Of a stretch of DNA of 64,000 nt, positions 59,716-64,000 are shown piece by piece. The position numbers and the translations under genes are program-made. The first letter of the stretch is position 1; the number at the start of each line of letters is the position of its first letter. This DNA is from an uncultured Pelagibacteraceae bacterium. Its GTDB lineage: Bacteria; Pseudomonadota; Alphaproteobacteria; Pelagibacterales; Pelagibacteraceae. The notes beneath the pieces are model-generated. The model was not told where the DNA came from, made no database searches, and worked only from the letters and a program-made list of their open reading frames with translations. Location of the stretch: positions 3,787 through 67,786 of the forward strand of contig CACKCM010000004.1 in NCBI GenBank assembly GCA_902598735.1. The letters run 5' to 3'.

Positions 59716-60512
59716 AATCTGAAATTCAATTAACTTTTGAGAACTGTAAAAGAGAGAATAGACCAGCCTTGTTAACTTATACCGTCGCATCAGATCCTAA
59801 TAAAAAGAGGAGTATTCAAATTATAAATTCAATTGCGAAATATGCAGATATCATCGAATTAGGTTTCCCACATTCAACTCCTGTAGGAGATGGTGGACAA
59901 ATTCAAACTAGCTCAAATAGAGCGATTAAAAATGGTTTTAAAATGCGGGATACATTTCAGATAGTGAAAAAATTTAAAAAAAACTTCAAAAACAAACCAG
60001 TAATTTTAATGGGCTATTACAATATGATTTATCAATATGGTGAGAGCAATTTTTTAAAAGATTGTAAAAAATCAGGTGTCTCAGGAATTATTTGTGTGGA
60101 TTTACCTTGGCCTGAAAATAAAGATTTTGCAAAAAAATGTAAAAAGAAATTAATAAATTTTATTCAACTTTTAGCACCTACAACAACGAAAGATAGGATG
60201 AAGAAAATTATAAGAGATTCGCATGACATGGTTTATTATATATCTATGCTTTCAACCACTGGGGGGAAGCTAAAAGTAGCACCAAGAAAAATTTTAGATA
60301 ACTACAAAAAAATTAAGAGAATCAACTCTAGAAAAAACTTGGTTATTGGTTTTGGAATAACTGAAAAGATCATAAAATCTCTAAAATCTGCAGATGGCTT
60401 GGTTGTAGGTAGTTTATTGTGTAAAACAATTACTAAATCACTCAAAATGAGACAAAATCCTGTCACAAATTTAGTTAAAGTTGTATACAATCTTAAAAAT
60501 AAAATTTTATGA
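59712..60512 (+). CDS. trpA: Tryptophan synthase alpha chain
   Basis: IELGFP...P..DG..IQ, LMGYYN, VDLP, APTT, GFGI and VVGS motifs. Confidence 0.92.
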   Translation: MKSEIQLTFENCKRENRPALLTYTVASDPNKKRSIQIINSIAKYADIIELGFPHSTPVGDGGQIQTSSNRAIKNGFKMRDTFQIVKKFKKNFKNKPVILMGYYNMIYQYGESNFLKDCKKSGVSGIICVDLPWPENKDFAKKCKKKLINFIQLLAPTTTKDRMKKIIRDSHDMVYYISMLSTTGGKLKVAPRKILDNYKKIKRINSRKNLVIGFGITEKIIKSLKSADGLVVGSLLCKTITKSLKMRQNPVTNLVKVVYNLKNKIL

Positions 60513-61423
60513 ACTGGATAACAAAATTTATAAAACCGAAAATTAAATCTCTCTTTGAAAAAAAGTCCTCTAAAATTGAGGAAAATCTTTGGACAACGTG
60601 TACCTGTAAAAACTTAATTTATAAAGAGGATTTAGACTCAAATCAAAAAGTATGTCCTAAGTGTGGAGAACATCATAAACTTACATGCCAGGAAAGATTC
60701 AAAACCTTCTTTGACAAAAAAGAATTTGAACTCTTAGAAACCCCTCTTCCAAAAGATGATCCTTTAAAATTTGAAGATAAAAAAAAATATACTGATCGTT
60801 TAAAAGCAGCAAGGAAATTGACAGGGCAGGATGATGCGATACTAATTGCAAAAGGAAAAATTCAAAATATTGATACAGTTGTTGGAGCGCAGGATTTTAG
60901 ATTTATAGGTGGTTCATTTGGTGCTGCATCTGGAGAGGCATTTATAGCTGGTGCACAATATGCAATTGAAAATAAAATGCCGTACGTCTTTTTCAGTTGC
61001 TCGGGGGGACAACGTATGCATGAAAGTTCTATTGCTTTAATGCAGATGTCAAGAACTGCTTTAGCAGTAAATGAATTAAAGAAAAAAAATGTTCCGTTTA
61101 TAGTTATTTTAACTAACCCTACAACTGGCGGGGTTACTGCATCTTGGGCCATGTTGGGCGATATATTAATCAGCGAACCTAAAAGTGTTATAGGATTTGC
61201 TGGAAGAAGAGTAATTCAAGATACTGTAAGAGAAACGCTGCCAGAGGATTTTCAGACTGCAGAATATGTTAAAGATCATGGAGGATTAGATTTAATTGTT
61301 GAAAGACAATATTTAAACTCAACTGTAGGAACTTTATTAAATGTTCTATTGAAAAAAGCTGAGGCTCAAGTTAAACAAGAGTCCAATGTCACAGTCGATC
61401 AATCTTTACAATCAGCTAGCTAA
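60509..61423 (+). CDS. accD: Acetyl-CoA carboxylase carboxyltransferase beta
   Basis: N-terminal Zn ribbon, F.GGS.G, SGG.RM.E, PTTGGVTAS and GFAGRRVI motifs. Confidence 0.95.
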   Translation: MNWITKFIKPKIKSLFEKKSSKIEENLWTTCTCKNLIYKEDLDSNQKVCPKCGEHHKLTCQERFKTFFDKKEFELLETPLPKDDPLKFEDKKKYTDRLKAARKLTGQDDAILIAKGKIQNIDTVVGAQDFRFIGGSFGAASGEAFIAGAQYAIENKMPYVFFSCSGGQRMHESSIALMQMSRTALAVNELKKKNVPFIVILTNPTTGGVTASWAMLGDILISEPKSVIGFAGRRVIQDTVRETLPEDFQTAEYVKDHGGLDLIVERQYLNSTVGTLLNVLLKKAEAQVKQESNVTVDQSLQSAS

Positions 61424-62648
61424 TCACAAGTTATTTAATAAATCTATTAATTTTGGTCTTAAAAGAATAAAATTAGCTTTAGACTTACTAGGACACCCAG
61501 AAAGAAAGCTTAAGAATGTAGTTTCTGTCATTGGTGAATCTGGTAAATTTACTACATTATTTTCTTTAAAATCATTCATCGAGTCTAATAAACAAAAAGT
61601 AACAACTCATATTTCTCCTTCTCTTCGCGATATAAAAGAAAGATTTTACATGGGGGATAGATATTTAGGTCATAAAGAAATTAAAAAAACTATAAGACAG
61701 ATAGAAAAGTTGAATATCCCTCTTACAATTTTTGAGTGTCTTACATTGATCTACATTATTAATGCCTCAAAAATAAACGCTGATTACAATATACAAGAAA
61801 CCGGTGCTCTCTGGAGGTTAGACTCAAATAATATAAACGATTTTCCGAAACTTCAGATTTGTACAAATATCAACAAGCAACATTTAAATTTTTTGAAAAA
61901 AAAAACTTTGAATGAAGTTATTAAAGAGGATGTAGGGTTTCTAAGTAATTTTACAAATATTTACATAGGTAAACAGTCACCATATGTTTTAAAAAAAATT
62001 AAGTCGCTTTTAAAAAAAAACAAAAGTAAAATTATATATCCAAATACTTGGAAACTTATTAAAACGGGTAAACATTACTACTATCAAGATAGAAAAAATA
62101 AAATAAAACTTAATACTCGAAATGTTTATTCTAAAGGAATGTTTGAGAATGTTTGCCTAGCTATAAAAGTGGCTCTTGATCTTGATATAAGCAAGAAAAC
62201 TATTCAAGAGACTTTACCAAAGCTTTCTTTTGAGGGTCGTTTTCAATACCTTAATGAGGGTAAAATTAAAAAAAAGCTTTACAGAAATGAAATAATTATG
62301 ATTGATGGCGCACATTCTGCTGCTGATGCTCAGAACTTAGCGGCATATTTAAAAAACATAAAAATACCTAAATATGGAATTTGGGCTATGACTAAAAATA
62401 AAGATCCAGATTTATTTATAAAACAGCTTAAAGGGGTATTTAAAAAAGTTATCACAATGCCCATCGAAAATGAATTGAGCTCAGTCTCAGCTAATGAACT
62501 TTACAAAATAGCTGTCAAAAATAAATTTAAAGTAGAAAAAAGCAATACCTTTATAGAAGCATTAAAAAAAATAAGTAGTAAGGAACAAAAATTAATTATT
62601 TGTTTTGGTAGTCTTTATAACTGCGGAAATATTTTGAATAAAAATTAA
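61386..62648 (+). CDS. folC: FolC-like folylpolyglutamate/dihydrofolate synthase, divergent
   Basis: GL.RI...L..LGHPE, SP.L....ER, LT.FE, GRFQ, DGAH and FGSLY; accD-folC synteny. Confidence 0.8.
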   Translation: MSQSINLYNQLANHKLFNKSINFGLKRIKLALDLLGHPERKLKNVVSVIGESGKFTTLFSLKSFIESNKQKVTTHISPSLRDIKERFYMGDRYLGHKEIKKTIRQIEKLNIPLTIFECLTLIYIINASKINADYNIQETGALWRLDSNNINDFPKLQICTNINKQHLNFLKKKTLNEVIKEDVGFLSNFTNIYIGKQSPYVLKKIKSLLKKNKSKIIYPNTWKLIKTGKHYYYQDRKNKIKLNTRNVYSKGMFENVCLAIKVALDLDISKKTIQETLPKLSFEGRFQYLNEGKIKKKLYRNEIIMIDGAHSAADAQNLAAYLKNIKIPKYGIWAMTKNKDPDLFIKQLKGVFKKVITMPIENELSSVSANELYKIAVKNKFKVEKSNTFIEALKKISSKEQKLIICFGSLYNCGNILNKN

Positions 62649-62962
62649 ATATGAGGTTTAATAAATTCAAGCATGTCTTTTTCGCTTGAAGCTCCAACTT
62701 TTGTTCCCAAAAGCTTTCCCTCTTTAAATAAGAGAATAGTTGGTACGCCTCTCACTGAATACTTAGTTGGCTCATTAGGCTGACTTTCAATATCGTGATA
62801 ATAACAATCAATCTTATCTGACATATCATTTGAAATCTTCTCTACTATCGGTTTAAGCTGTTGACATGGTCCACACCATGAGGCTGAAAATTGAATTAGT
62901 GAAAGTTTGCTTCCACCTATTTGATCACTAAATTTTTCGTCTGTAGAATCTTTGAATGCCAT
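62645..62962 (-). CDS. trxA: Thioredoxin
   Basis: WCGPC and VRGVPT..LFK.G motifs. Confidence 0.95.
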   Translation of the reverse strand: MAFKDSTDEKFSDQIGGSKLSLIQFSASWCGPCQQLKPIVEKISNDMSDKIDCYYHDIESQPNEPTKYSVRGVPTILLFKEGKLLGTKVGASSEKDMLEFIKPHI

Positions 62963-62996
62963 AACCTTTAATTAAGTATTTTTCATTTTTTGTCAA

Positions 62997-63998
62997 CTAT
63001 GCAGATGAATAATATTTTTCTAAATCTTCAACGTATGCGTTAATATCGTCTAATATTTTTAGTTTTTCTGGTTGGTTTTCTTTTTCAAATTTTGCCCTTA
63101 AAGTATCTATCTCTGAATAAGTTCTTGGAATTGTATTCCAGTTTTCATTATTAGTGCTTAAAAGTTTTTTTGAAATATCTTTATGAATAAAATTAAAGTC
63201 TGATTTAGTTAAAATCTCAGGTTTTTCCATGTAAAGCAGTTTTTTTCCAAAGTACTGTAACCTCTCATCTTTGAATTTAGAGATGACTTGAAGTTTTTTA
63301 TCCCAGTCAACACTGTGAAACTCTGGCATTATTTTATTATCTTCTGTTGAAGTAAATTTAGCGTAAATACTTTCCTCATTATATAAATCTTCCTGTGACT
63401 TTGTCTGTTCTTTTTCATCAATTTCAGATCGTTTTACCGAGGAAACCTTTTCCGCAAAAGCTTCATTATTTTTTATCATTTTAGCTCTTTCCTCTAATTT
63501 TTTTGTACCAATAAGTTTATACTCATCAAATTGATTCCCATAAGATGGATTCATTATAACTGGATGTTTATTGTGTCTAACAGTTCTGATGAACTTTGGT
63601 TGCTTTTTCATTGCTGAAGTTAATTCTTTAATTGGCATGTCCAAATATGGAGAAGGATCATGTCTTAAATCAAAACATAATGGCCATTGATATCGAGGAT
63701 GCTGACAAATGAACGTTTGAACATATGGTCTGCTTCTTCCATAAAAATATTCATTCGTACAAAAAAGTAATTCTTTTTTTATTAGTTCTAAGGACTGATT
63801 TTTGTCCATTGTTAACATGCTTGCTTTCCAAACATTTGGCGCTTTTTTAGAAATTAATTTCGCTATCCCAATAGTTGCTATCACATCGCCAATTGCACTA
63901 TGTGCATCTCCATGTTCAATTCCGTTTAAAGGTGCCATTTGATCTAATTTGTAAACATCGTTCCCTTTTTCGTTTACAGAATTTTTAAGTGTATTTGG
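62997..63998 (-). CDS. sbcB: Exodeoxyribonuclease I (5' truncated by window)
   Basis: YKL..MA..NGI.H..AH.A..DV.AT ExoIII motif, NK.P, E..IY..F; the frame stays open to the window end. Confidence 0.8.
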   Translation of the reverse strand, partial: PNTLKNSVNEKGNDVYKLDQMAPLNGIEHGDAHSAIGDVIATIGIAKLISKKAPNVWKASMLTMDKNQSLELIKKELLFCTNEYFYGRSRPYVQTFICQHPRYQWPLCFDLRHDPSPYLDMPIKELTSAMKKQPKFIRTVRHNKHPVIMNPSYGNQFDEYKLIGTKKLEERAKMIKNNEAFAEKVSSVKRSEIDEKEQTKSQEDLYNEESIYAKFTSTEDNKIMPEFHSVDWDKKLQVISKFKDERLQYFGKKLLYMEKPEILTKSDFNFIHKDISKKLLSTNNENWNTIPRTYSEIDTLRAKFEKENQPEKLKILDDINAYVEDLEKYYSSA

Positions 63999-64000
63999 GT

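Noticed and set aside
58474-62648. trpB and folC as pseudogenes
   Set aside because: Full-length uninterrupted ORFs with coupled starts/stops and many retained structural motifs; the divergence looks selective rather than decayed

Overview
Very AT-rich, extremely gene-dense chromosomal segment of a streamlined marine alphaproteobacterium. It is almost certainly SAR11/Pelagibacterales, judged from the tiny or overlapping intergenic spacers, gcrA, malate synthase G, and a G-1-less tRNA-His paired with a eukaryote-like HisRS. Most of the window is housekeeping: ubiA-msbA-waaA-lpxK-lpxL, purD, pgi, ileS-lspA-ribF, groESL, tRNA-His-hisS-hisZ-hisG, cspA, accA, glcB, ffs-dnaX-ybaB-recR, pheA-kdsB, cycM, argDF, gcrA, rnd-kdsD-lptC-lptB-aroA-cmk-rpsA-ihfB-pyrF-trpFBA-accD-folC, trxA and a partial sbcB. 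Between about 32.6 and 48.9 kb lies a phosphorus-stress block: arsC plus an arsenite-type aquaporin, ppk1-ppx, sixA, pstSCAB-phoUB, an unknown exported protein, phoR, a plcP-glycosyltransferase lipid-remodelling pair with a divergent DAG kinase, and a small Lys-rich protein. Two near-identical three-repeat PHO boxes are visible in this block. The most notable observations are: (i) TrpB, TrpA and FolC in the normal operon position carry coordinated substitutions of normally invariant catalytic residues; (ii) a PHO box is placed so that it could switch plcP on while occluding the opposing DAG kinase; (iii) both PHO promoters carry paired GANTC (CcrM) sites 18 bp apart; (iv) a structured non-coding element with an anti-SD loop lies next to ppx; (v) there are uncharacterised proteins inside the P block; (vi) AccA has a C-terminal membrane anchor. 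No CRISPR array, integrase, transposase or rRNA was seen. All calls come from reading motifs by eye; no database searches were run.
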